NCBI GenBank assembly: GCA_964648235.1
Contig: CAZYKQ010000002.1
Coordinates: 1-60,896 of the forward strand
Reading direction: 5' to 3'
Origin: an uncultured Christensenella sp.
Lineage (GTDB): Bacteria; Bacillota; Clostridia; Christensenellales; Aristaeellaceae
Length of the DNA stretch: 60,896 nucleotides
The translations under genes and the position numbers were made by a program. Shown in pieces: positions 27,307 through 36,049 of this stretch. Position 1 is the first letter of the stretch, and each line of letters begins with the position of its first letter. The notes below the pieces were generated by a model that made no database searches, had not been told where the DNA came from, and worked only from the letters and a program-made list of their open reading frames with translations.

Positions 27307-28410
27307 ATGGACTTATATGACGCTATAGTGTTGATTCCCTCCCTTCACCCCGATTTCCTGCTCACTGAATATGTGCGCGCCTTAATTTCAAATGGTTTTC
27401 GCCGTATCGTCGTAGTTGATGACGGTTCAGGCCCTGAGTATAGCGAACTGTTTGAATCTTTAAAAAAGCATCCTCAGTGTGATGTCATCGGGTATCCGAT
27501 AAATAAAGGCAAGGGATATGCTCTGAAGTACGGGATGCGTCATATACAAAACCACTACCCTCATGCATCCGGTGTTGTTACGGCTGACTCAGACGGACAA
27601 CATACTGTTGAGGATGTCCGAAAAGTGTCAGAATCCCTTCTTGTTCATCCTGATGGGCTGATCATAGGCTCCAGAGACTTCAAAGCCAGCAACGTGCCGT
27701 TTAAAAGCCGTGCGGGCAACCGTTTGACCAGCCTGTTCTTTGCTCTGCTGTATGGAAAATGGTTGCCTGACACACAAACCGGACTCCGCGGCTTTTCCAT
27801 GAGTCTCATTCCCTTGATGTTGGATGTCCCTGGCAACCGCTTTGAGTATGAAATGAACATGCTGATTATTGCATCCAGCCATCATATCAAATTCCACACC
27901 GTCAAGATCCAGACTATTTATATTGAAGAGAACCGCCGCACCCACTTCCGTCCTTTTCATGATTCCGCTCGAATCTATCTGCAATTGTTCAAAAATTTTT
28001 TCAAATATGCTTCTGCCAGTGGCCTTTCTACCGTTATTGATATCGGGGTGTTTACCTTGCTTGACAAATGGGTTCTTCCCTTGATTGGCTTTGATCCACA
28101 ACTTAAAATTATGTGGGGAATCTCCTTGAGTGTTTTGATTGCAAACGGTGCAGCACGTGTCAGTTCCTCCTTATTCAACTACAAGGCCAACAAGTCTTTC
28201 GTATTCAATGCCCGCAAATCCAACGGCTCTTTCTTACGATATGTTATACTGGCTGTGGGAGTATTGATCATCTCCTCCACACTGATCAGCGTTTTAAATA
28301 CCTGGTTTATGTGGGACAATACAATACTAAAAATAATGATCGATACTTTGTTGTTTTTTATCAATTACCGTCTGCAGCGCTCTTGGGTGTTTGCGGATAA
28401 TAAAAACTGA
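27307..28410 (+). CDS. Family-2 glycosyltransferase fused to a GtrA-like 4-TM domain (polyprenyl-phosphate sugar synthase type)
   Basis: GT2 motifs VVDDGSG and DSDGQH. C-terminal about 130 aa with four hydrophobic helices and a GtrA-like ending (NYRLQRSWVF). Confidence 0.88.
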   Translation: MDLYDAIVLIPSLHPDFLLTEYVRALISNGFRRIVVVDDGSGPEYSELFESLKKHPQCDVIGYPINKGKGYALKYGMRHIQNHYPHASGVVTADSDGQHTVEDVRKVSESLLVHPDGLIIGSRDFKASNVPFKSRAGNRLTSLFFALLYGKWLPDTQTGLRGFSMSLIPLMLDVPGNRFEYEMNMLIIASSHHIKFHTVKIQTIYIEENRRTHFRPFHDSARIYLQLFKNFFKYASASGLSTVIDIGVFTLLDKWVLPLIGFDPQLKIMWGISLSVLIANGAARVSSSLFNYKANKSFVFNARKSNGSFLRYVILAVGVLIISSTLISVLNTWFMWDNTILKIMIDTLLFFINYRLQRSWVFADNKN

Positions 28411-28426
28411 AAGGATCCCAAGCCCT

Positions 28427-29434
28427 ATGTCAAAAACCATGCGTATTATCTGCCTCGTTCTCTCCTTTGTTTTTATTTTAAGCTTGCCCTTTCTCATCCC
28501 TTCAGGCGCTATGCTGGATAGCGAGAGAATGATATTGTTTGAGCAAATGGACGATGAATATGATGACTGGGATAAAGAAGGCAGATTTCCTCTGATTGAC
28601 TTGCTGATCACCAGAGCACAAGCTGAAAGCCCTTTAGATCCTCTGCCGATCGACTTTAGCGGTGGCAGATCACCACTTTATGAAGGCTATTCATTGGATG
28701 GCTATGAGGACGAAAGCATACGCATGAAGCTTGAAACTCTTGATCTTGATAGTGTTGTCTGGCGTATCGCACGTGTACAAATCAGTCATCCTTCACAGCT
28801 TCGCACCGGTCTGGCAGGCTCTCCAGGCTCGAGCCGTGTAGCACTGATATCAAACATGGCAAAAAAGAACAATGCTGTCATTGCGATTAATGCCAACTAT
28901 CTTTCTAACGATCCTGTGAAAACATCGTTTGAGTACCGTATGGGCGAACGAATCCGCGCGAAATTCAACCGTACCAAGGACCTCCTGATTATAGATGAAA
29001 ATGCTGACTTCCACCTCTTTGTCAAGTCAGATAAAAATGAAGTTAAAGCCCTTACTGATGCAGGTCATAAGATCATCAACGCATTCACATTTGGCCCTGC
29101 GCTGGTGAAGGATGGCGCTTTGCTTGAGATTGATTCCAATTATGGATATAATCCGCATGGAAAGGAGCCGCGCATGGCCATCGGTCAAATCGGGCCCTTA
29201 GAATATGTTCTGGTCCTGGCCGAGGGGCGCACTGGCGACTCCCAAGGCGTCACCCAACAGGAATTGGCTGAGTTTATGCTGGAGCTTGGCTGCCTTCAAG
29301 CCTTTAATCTTGATGGTGGTAACTCTGCTACAATGGTTTTCAATGAAGGTTATTATCAGCACAAATCATTATCCAATGAGCGGGCGCAAAGCGATATGAT
29401 CTATTTTGCTACCCTGGTTGGGGAGTCGGAGTAA
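28427..29434 (+). CDS. Phosphodiester glycosidase (NAGPA/DUF2233) family exported protein
   Basis: N-terminal signal/anchor (IICLVLSFVFILSLPFLI). AINANY and AFNLDGGNSATMV motifs. ATG 28427 preferred over TTG 28391, which overlaps the GT2 gene. Confidence 0.85.
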   Translation: MSKTMRIICLVLSFVFILSLPFLIPSGAMLDSERMILFEQMDDEYDDWDKEGRFPLIDLLITRAQAESPLDPLPIDFSGGRSPLYEGYSLDGYEDESIRMKLETLDLDSVVWRIARVQISHPSQLRTGLAGSPGSSRVALISNMAKKNNAVIAINANYLSNDPVKTSFEYRMGERIRAKFNRTKDLLIIDENADFHLFVKSDKNEVKALTDAGHKIINAFTFGPALVKDGALLEIDSNYGYNPHGKEPRMAIGQIGPLEYVLVLAEGRTGDSQGVTQQELAEFMLELGCLQAFNLDGGNSATMVFNEGYYQHKSLSNERAQSDMIYFATLVGESE

Positions 29435-29444
29435 ACCGGACAAT

Positions 29445-30386
29445 ATGTACACGCAAGCAGCAACTTTCAAGGTATTGGGTTATACTGTTTATACCTATGG
29501 TCTGTTTCTCAGCATCGCCTGCTTCTTGGCTGGAGGCTTGTTGTTATACAGAACCAAATCTCCGCGCTCAAGAGATACTGCAACTTTGACTTTCCTCTTC
29601 TCTCCCGTCATTGGGCTTGTCACGGCGAGGTTCGTGTATGTTGTGTTTGAAGTCAATTTTGCACCATTTTTTACCTTGGGAAATGTTATTAACCTGCATC
29701 TTGGAGGCTTCTCTATGTATGGCGCGCTCATTGGCGCAATACTGGGCAGCCTGATCTCTGCCTCACTGACAGGCGAAGGTAAATCACAGTCGCTGGATAT
29801 GCTTATTCCTTCTCTTTTTCTGTTTATCTGTGTTGCCCGTTTGGGCGAACAGTATACCACGCTTGGCATCAGCCGTCCGCTGGTTACGGGCGTGCTTGAC
29901 AGTAGCTTTTTAGCCTTGAAAGATGAGTATGATGCCTATTTGCGCACCTATCTGCTTGAAAGTACAGCTGCTTTCATTCTATGCATCGTAACTATTTCAT
30001 ATGCAAAAAAGCCGCGAAAGACAGGCCGGGTTTTCCTGTTCGGCGCTCTGCTTTTTGGGGTATCGCAAACTTTCTTTGAAAGTCTGCGCTTTGATGCACA
30101 TATCCGTTTTAGCTTCATCAGCTTGCATCAAGTTTTATCAGCCACTTTGTTCAGCGCTGTGCTGATCTATCTTGCCATTAGTCTGATGCGGGAGGGTGTG
30201 ATAAAGAAGCGATTGGCCATTCTCACTTTGTGCCTGCTTCCGGTGATTCTCGGCGCAATCATTGCGATTGAATTTATGATTGATCGCTCCCAGATTAACA
30301 AATGGTTGAGTTACGCTGTTTATGCAGCTGTTCTTCTTGTCCCCAGTATACTGGGACTATCGATGCTTAAACAAGAAAGGGTATAA
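29445..30386 (+). CDS. Divergent Lgt-like (prolipoprotein diacylglyceryl transferase family) membrane protein
   Basis: Polytopic. GGFSMYGALIGAILG, ARLGEQY and FFESLRFD resemble the Lgt motifs GGMSFHGGLIG, GRLGNF and EFFRQPD, with substitutions. Extra C-terminal helices. Confidence 0.7.
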   Translation: MYTQAATFKVLGYTVYTYGLFLSIACFLAGGLLLYRTKSPRSRDTATLTFLFSPVIGLVTARFVYVVFEVNFAPFFTLGNVINLHLGGFSMYGALIGAILGSLISASLTGEGKSQSLDMLIPSLFLFICVARLGEQYTTLGISRPLVTGVLDSSFLALKDEYDAYLRTYLLESTAAFILCIVTISYAKKPRKTGRVFLFGALLFGVSQTFFESLRFDAHIRFSFISLHQVLSATLFSAVLIYLAISLMREGVIKKRLAILTLCLLPVILGAIIAIEFMIDRSQINKWLSYAVYAAVLLVPSILGLSMLKQERV

Positions 30387-30388
30387 TC

Positions 30389-30601
30389 ATGGAGAAGGAT
30401 CGTGTAGCTTATATGCTTTCACTTGCAAAAAAAAGCCGCGAAAGCACGATTAGCGATGCTGAGCTTCTGGTTCTTGAAGACCTTCGTAAGGAGTATCTGT
30501 CCGACTTTCGTGAAGGTTTCAAACAACAGCTTGATCATGTATATTTACAGCAAGAGGATGGTACGTATCAAAAGTTGCAGAAAAAAGATAACCCTGGTTA
30601 A
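30389..30601 (+). CDS. DUF896 (UPF0291, YnzC-like) small protein
   Basis: 70 aa. LAKKSRESTISDAELLVLEDLRKEYLSDFREGF matches the YnzC-type pattern (...LT.EE..E...LR.EYL..FR). Confidence 0.85.
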   Translation: MEKDRVAYMLSLAKKSRESTISDAELLVLEDLRKEYLSDFREGFKQQLDHVYLQQEDGTYQKLQKKDNPG

Positions 30602-30623
30602 GGTAAAGGAGATTCGTTTCCCG

Positions 30624-31655
30624 ATGCATAAGCAAATACTGGCAGCCCTGTGTGCCCTGCTGGTTGTCATGACAGTCAATATTCCTGCCGCATCCGCAGA
30701 AGACAAGTCTGTACTTTATCGCGCGACTATCACAACCGCTTACGGCATGAATAGTGGAACTGCTGTTTACGCAGACCCTGACGTTCAAAAGCCGGACGGT
30801 TCGACGCCGCGCTTAGGCTTGTTAAAGGCAGGCACGTCCATCGATATCATAGATGTACTGCCCAATTACGTTGAAATTCTCTATAACGAAGATACTGGGT
30901 TTGTTCTGCGCAAGCGTATAGAACATGTTACAGCGCTTAATCCTTCGACAACTCCGCGATATGGTACTACAGTCAGCCGGTATTATGCTGAGCTGGACCG
31001 AAGCACTGAGGTTAAGGCCGGGCGGAGTTCAGATAGTCTGACGCTGATTACCTTGCAAGCGGGCGCAATTCTCGGTTTTATCGACATTATCGACGGTTGG
31101 GCACAACTGATCTACCATCGGCAATATGCTTATGTCAGCACAGATGACCTGTCTGGTCTTTCCATGGTAGCCCCCAGGGAAGAAATTGGAAGCACTGATA
31201 CTCCCATCGCTGTATATAATTCATTTTATAATATCGCGGAAAATAAAATGAACCTTAACCGTATTGAAAACCTTCGAACCAGCTGCGTGAGGATGAACAG
31301 AGTGATGGCTCCCGGCGAAATCTTGAACTTCAACGCGTCGGTAGGTCCCTTTAATGCCCGGAACGGTTATCTGACGTCTTGGGGGTTGCTGGACGGCGAA
31401 CTCGTTCCCTCTACAGGCGGCGGCAGCTGTCAGGTATCAAGCACTTTGTACAATGTTGTTCTTCAGTTGACGGGGCTGACTGTACTTGCCAGAGCCCCGC
31501 ACGGCTTGGACGGCGCCTCGTATCTGCCTCACGGTGTTGACGCCACTTCTGGCGGGCTGAATTTTATTATTAGAAACGATTATGATTTCTCCATCCGGAT
31601 TGATTCGCATGTACAGGATGGCGCTCTATTTATCGCTATTTACAAGGAAAGTTGA
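30624..31655 (+). CDS. Secreted SH3b-SH3b-VanW protein (paralogue 1)
   Basis: AAGGAG at 30606-30611. Signal peptide ending ASA-ED, two SH3b-like repeats, VanW core GGGSCQVSSTLYNVVLQ. The longer ORF from 30423 overlaps the DUF896 gene. Confidence 0.88.
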   Translation: MHKQILAALCALLVVMTVNIPAASAEDKSVLYRATITTAYGMNSGTAVYADPDVQKPDGSTPRLGLLKAGTSIDIIDVLPNYVEILYNEDTGFVLRKRIEHVTALNPSTTPRYGTTVSRYYAELDRSTEVKAGRSSDSLTLITLQAGAILGFIDIIDGWAQLIYHRQYAYVSTDDLSGLSMVAPREEIGSTDTPIAVYNSFYNIAENKMNLNRIENLRTSCVRMNRVMAPGEILNFNASVGPFNARNGYLTSWGLLDGELVPSTGGGSCQVSSTLYNVVLQLTGLTVLARAPHGLDGASYLPHGVDATSGGLNFIIRNDYDFSIRIDSHVQDGALFIAIYKES

Positions 31656-31660
31656 ATGAT

Positions 31661-32674
31661 ATGAAAAAGATTCTCGTATATTTCCTGACCGCTTTAATGT
31701 TAACGGTTCCGAACGTGCAGGCTGATTCCTCTAAGGCACTTTATACCGCTCGTATTCAAAAAGAAGCGTATTTAAGATCTAAGCCGGACAAGTCTTTGCA
31801 ATATTTTGCTGTCCTGCCCGTTAAAAGCGCTGTGGAAATTCTGGAACTTGGCCCGGATTGGGTTTTGATCAGGTCTGAAAAGGGCGAAGGTTATATTCAA
31901 CGCAGATATATTGATTTTAACAAGGTTGAACCGGTTGATCCCTCTGCAACTCCACCCTATCCGGCTGTTTTAAGTGAATATATTGCTTGGGTAGACCGAA
32001 CGACGGAAGTCCGGGAAGCTCCGGACAATACGGCAAAATCGCTAGTGACACTGGATCCCGGCACCCGCCTGGCACTTATCGGGGTGGAGGATGGTTGGGC
32101 CAAGGTAATCTACTGGCGTCAATACGCTTATATTGATACCAGGGACATAAGTGAGCTTCAGCCTCTGGCGAAAAACATTCTGATTGCGGACGGCTCAGCC
32201 CCCATTGCTGCTTATACTTCCTTTTATAACATCGCCACGAACGAAGTAAACCTTAACCGCATGACGAATATCTCTGTGGCCAACGATCGAATGAGGCAGT
32301 ACATCATTCGTCCCGGAGAAACTTTTGATTTTAATCGTGATGCCGGCCCGTACAACAAGCGATCAGGTTATCTCCCAGCTCCCACCTTGGTTGACGGTGG
32401 GACAGCCCTGGGCTATGGCGGCGGCACCTGCCAGGTATCGAGCACATTGTATAATACGCTGATGCAGTTACCGGGCCTTAATATTGAGAAGCGACGCCCT
32501 CATGGTCCTGGAGGAGCAAGATATCTTCCACTGCACGCTGATGCAGCAGTTGGCAACTCAAACCTGAACCTGATCTTCCGTAACTTCTATCCTTTTCCCG
32601 TGCGCATTGACGGCAGCGCCCAAGATGGCGCATTGACCATCGTCATTTGGCCTGTTCAGGACAATCAAGGATAA
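31661..32674 (+). CDS. Secreted SH3b-SH3b-VanW protein (paralogue 2)
   Basis: Signal peptide ending VQA-DS. Same architecture as paralogue 1. VanW core GGGTCQVSSTLYNTLMQ. ATG 31661 (alternative TTG 31652). Confidence 0.88.
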   Translation: MKKILVYFLTALMLTVPNVQADSSKALYTARIQKEAYLRSKPDKSLQYFAVLPVKSAVEILELGPDWVLIRSEKGEGYIQRRYIDFNKVEPVDPSATPPYPAVLSEYIAWVDRTTEVREAPDNTAKSLVTLDPGTRLALIGVEDGWAKVIYWRQYAYIDTRDISELQPLAKNILIADGSAPIAAYTSFYNIATNEVNLNRMTNISVANDRMRQYIIRPGETFDFNRDAGPYNKRSGYLPAPTLVDGGTALGYGGGTCQVSSTLYNTLMQLPGLNIEKRRPHGPGGARYLPLHADAAVGNSNLNLIFRNFYPFPVRIDGSAQDGALTIVIWPVQDNQG

Positions 32675-32720
32675 CCTTCGCAGTGTTATCACTTGGCTGT
32701 ATTTCAAGGATGCGTTTTCA

Positions 32721-33566
32721 CTAAGTAAGAGGATTCAGAAACTTATAGGCAGCTTCAAGCGCAGGGATACAGTCCTCCATCCCTTCAAACTCATAGGACA
32801 GCCAATCATTATAACCTGTGTTTCGAAGGCATTTCAGGCACCAATCAATTGGAACCACGCCATGTCCTGCAACCGTTCCTCGCAGGAAAGAATTGTTGCG
32901 GGTTTTAAACCAACCCTCTCCGGGATCATTTTCCCACGGAAATCGGTACAGAAAATCTTTTACATGCACATGAAAAGCATAAGGAGCCGCAATCGGTACC
33001 GCATTTATCGGGAGTTCATCAGCACAGAGAAAATTCCCTATATCAATCAGCCAACCATAGTTAGGATGGTTAACAGCAAGAATCAGTTCTTCCACTCTGT
33101 GGGCATCCTGAAAGATATATCCATGATTTTCTGTACAAGTCCTGATGCCTTTTGATTGCGCATAGGAGGCCACTTCTCTGATGGCATCCTTGATCAAGTG
33201 TATTGCCTGACGCCAGGTTGTTCCTTCCGGCAACGACCATGTAGCGTCGTGACGCATGATCTTCGCTCCCAACAGAGCAGCAAGATCAACCTGTTCTTTA
33301 ATGCGATCGATCTCTTCCGTTCCTCTGTTTAAAAAATCCGCCCCAACTGTATACGCTACAACTTCAAGCCCAAGTTGTTCACAGTGTTTGCGGATCGTTT
33401 TAGCAAGATCCTGCAGGCTTTCAGCCTGCTGAACATCCAAACTCAGATCAACAAACTCTATGCCTTCATAACCGATACGCTTTGCCTCATTACAAATATC
33501 CAGGTAGCTCGCACCATATTGTGTAATGTATTTGCTGAAACTGTAACTGCTGACTCCAAGTTTCAT
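32721..33566 (-). CDS. Sugar phosphate isomerase/epimerase (xylose isomerase-like TIM barrel)
   Basis: 281 aa with a typical N-terminus (MKLGVSSYSF...GYEGIEF) and metal-ligand pattern (H, D, E in HVHVKD/EFEG regions). Confidence 0.8.
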   Translation of the reverse strand: MKLGVSSYSFSKYITQYGASYLDICNEAKRIGYEGIEFVDLSLDVQQAESLQDLAKTIRKHCEQLGLEVVAYTVGADFLNRGTEEIDRIKEQVDLAALLGAKIMRHDATWSLPEGTTWRQAIHLIKDAIREVASYAQSKGIRTCTENHGYIFQDAHRVEELILAVNHPNYGWLIDIGNFLCADELPINAVPIAAPYAFHVHVKDFLYRFPWENDPGEGWFKTRNNSFLRGTVAGHGVVPIDWCLKCLRNTGYNDWLSYEFEGMEDCIPALEAAYKFLNPLT

Positions 33567-33575
33567 GATTTTCTC

Positions 33576-34415
33576 CTAAAAATGTCTGCGCAGAAAACGG
33601 ACCGCTGACTCAATATCCTTCACCGGCTGATCACCTACTTCGCGCTCAATGGTCAGGTAACCGGTATACCCAATCTCTCTCAAGGCGTTGAGATAATCGG
33701 CAAAAGGGACATCTCCCTCCCCCAAAGGCAATTCAATGAAGGAGGGGTCGGCTACTTCAGTATCGAAAGAAATACCGTAAATTTTCTCCGGATCCTTATT
33801 GTACAGCTTACGCCCATCCTTGGCATGGGTATGTACAATATAATTCTTCAAGGTATGTACGGCCTGTACCGGATCGTCTCCCGTCACCATAACCAAGTTA
33901 GCCGGGTCAAAGTTGACTGCAACGCCGCGCGAATGGAGAGAATCAAGAAAGCCGCATAAGGTCTTTGCTGTCTCGGGACCTGTTTCCACTGCAAAGTGCG
34001 CGTGGATAGAATCGGCGTATTCAGCAAGGATCCCGCAAGCTTCCTGCATAATACCATATCGGGGATGCAGCGGATCCTCCGGCACAACGCCGATATGTGT
34101 CGTAACTATGTTAGTCCCCCATTCAAGTGCAAGATCTATAATGCGTTTAGAATCTTCTATCAAATACTGATTTTGTTCCTTATTCCCAAAACCTTGCCCC
34201 AGATCACCGCACAGCGCGGAAATTATAAGACCCCGATCAGCCAGCATCTTTGGGAAATCACGACGCATGGACGAGCTTATTTTCTTTGGAGACAGCTCAC
34301 CATTTGTGGCATACACCTGAACGCCTTGCACGCCAAAGTTTTTAATGGTATCAAGGGCAGCAGGAATAGGCTGACGGAGAGATTCTAAAATAATACCAAT
34401 CGGAAATGATGACAT
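33576..34415 (-). CDS. Sugar phosphate isomerase/epimerase (xylose isomerase-like TIM barrel)
   Basis: 279 aa. VQGVQVYA, IVTTHIG, HFAVETG, HTHAKDG and LTIERE strands are typical of the family. Confidence 0.8.
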   Translation of the reverse strand: MSSFPIGIILESLRQPIPAALDTIKNFGVQGVQVYATNGELSPKKISSSMRRDFPKMLADRGLIISALCGDLGQGFGNKEQNQYLIEDSKRIIDLALEWGTNIVTTHIGVVPEDPLHPRYGIMQEACGILAEYADSIHAHFAVETGPETAKTLCGFLDSLHSRGVAVNFDPANLVMVTGDDPVQAVHTLKNYIVHTHAKDGRKLYNKDPEKIYGISFDTEVADPSFIELPLGEGDVPFADYLNALREIGYTGYLTIEREVGDQPVKDIESAVRFLRRHF

Positions 34416-34436
34416 TGAATTTAACTCCTTTCACAG

Positions 34437-35237
34437 TCAGAGGCAAAAATGCATCATGCGAAGCACTTCATAGAAATCGTCATGTTCATACGCGATCGTT
34501 CGGTCGTCAAGCAATCGCACACCCGGAAAATGGCTGTTACGCTTCGCAAGCGCATGCTCCCGATAACAGATGTGAACATCGAAATGCTTTGGCATTGGGA
34601 AAATACAGCTCTCTTTCGGTTGTTTAACAGCTTCCATAACAGCTGCGCGAATCCTGTTTACAGCATCCTCAGGATGAACAGAGCGCACGGCTGCTCCCAT
34701 CCCCTGGTTGACTGGTACAACTGCCGTATGCGGGGACTTTTTCTTCATCCAGTCACAAAGTCCCTGATCACCTGTGACAGCATAGACAGGAACGCCCTCA
34801 TAGCTCGCGATCAAGCTATTGATCAATAGTTCGCTGGCTATTTCCCCATTGATACCCACGCTAAAGGCTGAGGTGGTCATGGTATGGGACAAAGGGTTAC
34901 TCCCTTTGCCCGCGGCATTATGATAACCCGTAAAGACTACACCATCAAAGCTTTTATCTAACCCCACCATCATACAGTAGGGATCGCCCGCCCAACCGCG
35001 GATGATTTCAATCCCCTGCGGTAAGCCGCGCGGATTTAAGTTGCGGGCAGAATCATGAGCATCCTTAACAAGAATATGATCAAAGCCACTAGCCATAGCC
35101 CCCTCGCAAGCAGCGCCTACTTCACGCGTCATCTGGTCAGCAAAATATAACCAGTCAGCGTGATTCTTTTCCGTCTCGTTCCAGTTTGTGATACCGCATG
35201 TCCCCTCAATGTCAGCGCTGATAAAAAGCTTTTTCAT
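34437..35237 (-). CDS. M55 family metallopeptidase (DppA-like D-aminopeptidase)
   Basis: MKKLFISADIEGTCGI N-terminus, VKDAHDS motif. GGAGGAC RBS before ATG 35237. The longer start at 35312 overlaps the permease gene. Confidence 0.85.
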   Translation of the reverse strand: MKKLFISADIEGTCGITNWNETEKNHADWLYFADQMTREVGAACEGAMASGFDHILVKDAHDSARNLNPRGLPQGIEIIRGWAGDPYCMMVGLDKSFDGVVFTGYHNAAGKGSNPLSHTMTTSAFSVGINGEIASELLINSLIASYEGVPVYAVTGDQGLCDWMKKKSPHTAVVPVNQGMGAAVRSVHPEDAVNRIRAAVMEAVKQPKESCIFPMPKHFDVHICYREHALAKRNSHFPGVRLLDDRTIAYEHDDFYEVLRMMHFCL

Positions 35238-35260
35238 CCAGTCCTCCGTATTTTTTAAAT

Positions 35261-36049
35261 TTACAGTGGCAAATCCCGTTTTGAAAACCGTTGAATACCG
35301 ATTAAAAAGCAAAGCATGCCAATCAAAGGCATTCCTAATATTTCAAGCGCGAAGCGTCCCTTGGCCAGCTTTTGTGTATCAAGAAGAGAATAAGGGCTTA
35401 ACCAGGCTACAAAACCGGGCAGCGTCCTCATGTTGCCCAACATCGCAATTAAAAACAAACTCCCGATTAGCAAAAATAATCTTGTCCTTGTTCCTGCAGA
35501 CTTATCTATTCCACAAGCCAGCATCAAAGCGATGCCGCCTGATAGAATCCATAGGCAAAGCTGACCCAGATTCAACACGGCAAACCAGGCTATGTTTAAT
35601 TCTCCAGGCTTCAAAGCGGAAGCTGCCAGGATCGTCCCAATCATTCCGATCACCTGTGCAAGGATAAGGCAGGTTAACAATACCGCTCCATGCATCAATG
35701 CTAAAGCTCCACGATGCAGCGGTAAAGATAGATAAAGACTCATCTCTCTTGTTTCTATCATAGCGGGAAAAAGACGGATCGCCAGGTCAGCTGCCAGCAG
35801 CGAGCCCAACACAGGCATTATGAGTCCATGCATAAGAGACGCAATATGGTCTAGCAAAGCACTGTTCCCCCAAATATTGAGCGCGGAAAATAGCTCCGGA
35901 GCCTGTGCGCGTGAATCACTAAGTGCTCCCACAATCTCCTCGTCATAAAGGAATATGGCGCCAACAGATAACAGAGCGATCACTATCCCCACAACCAGCG
36001 TAATTCGGCTATGCTTTTTCAGCTGAAATAGAAACAACTCAAAACTCAC
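35261..36049 (-). CDS. ABC-2-type transporter permease (6 TM)
   Basis: Hydrophobic 262-aa protein. GTG start in a GTGA overlap with the ATPase stop. Confidence 0.75.
   Translation of the reverse strand: MSFELFLFQLKKHSRITLVVGIVIALLSVGAIFLYDEEIVGALSDSRAQAPELFSALNIWGNSALLDHIASLMHGLIMPVLGSLLAADLAIRLFPAMIETREMSLYLSLPLHRGALALMHGAVLLTCLILAQVIGMIGTILAASALKPGELNIAWFAVLNLGQLCLWILSGGIALMLACGIDKSAGTRTRLFLLIGSLFLIAMLGNMRTLPGFVAWLSPYSLLDTQKLAKGRFALEILGMPLIGMLCFLIGIQRFSKRDLPL

Noticed and set aside
30423-30623. An upstream extension of about 67 codons of the first SH3b-VanW ORF.
   Set aside because: It overlaps the DUF896 gene in another frame and lacks signal-peptide character. ATG 30624 has an AAGGAG RBS and yields a normal signal peptide.
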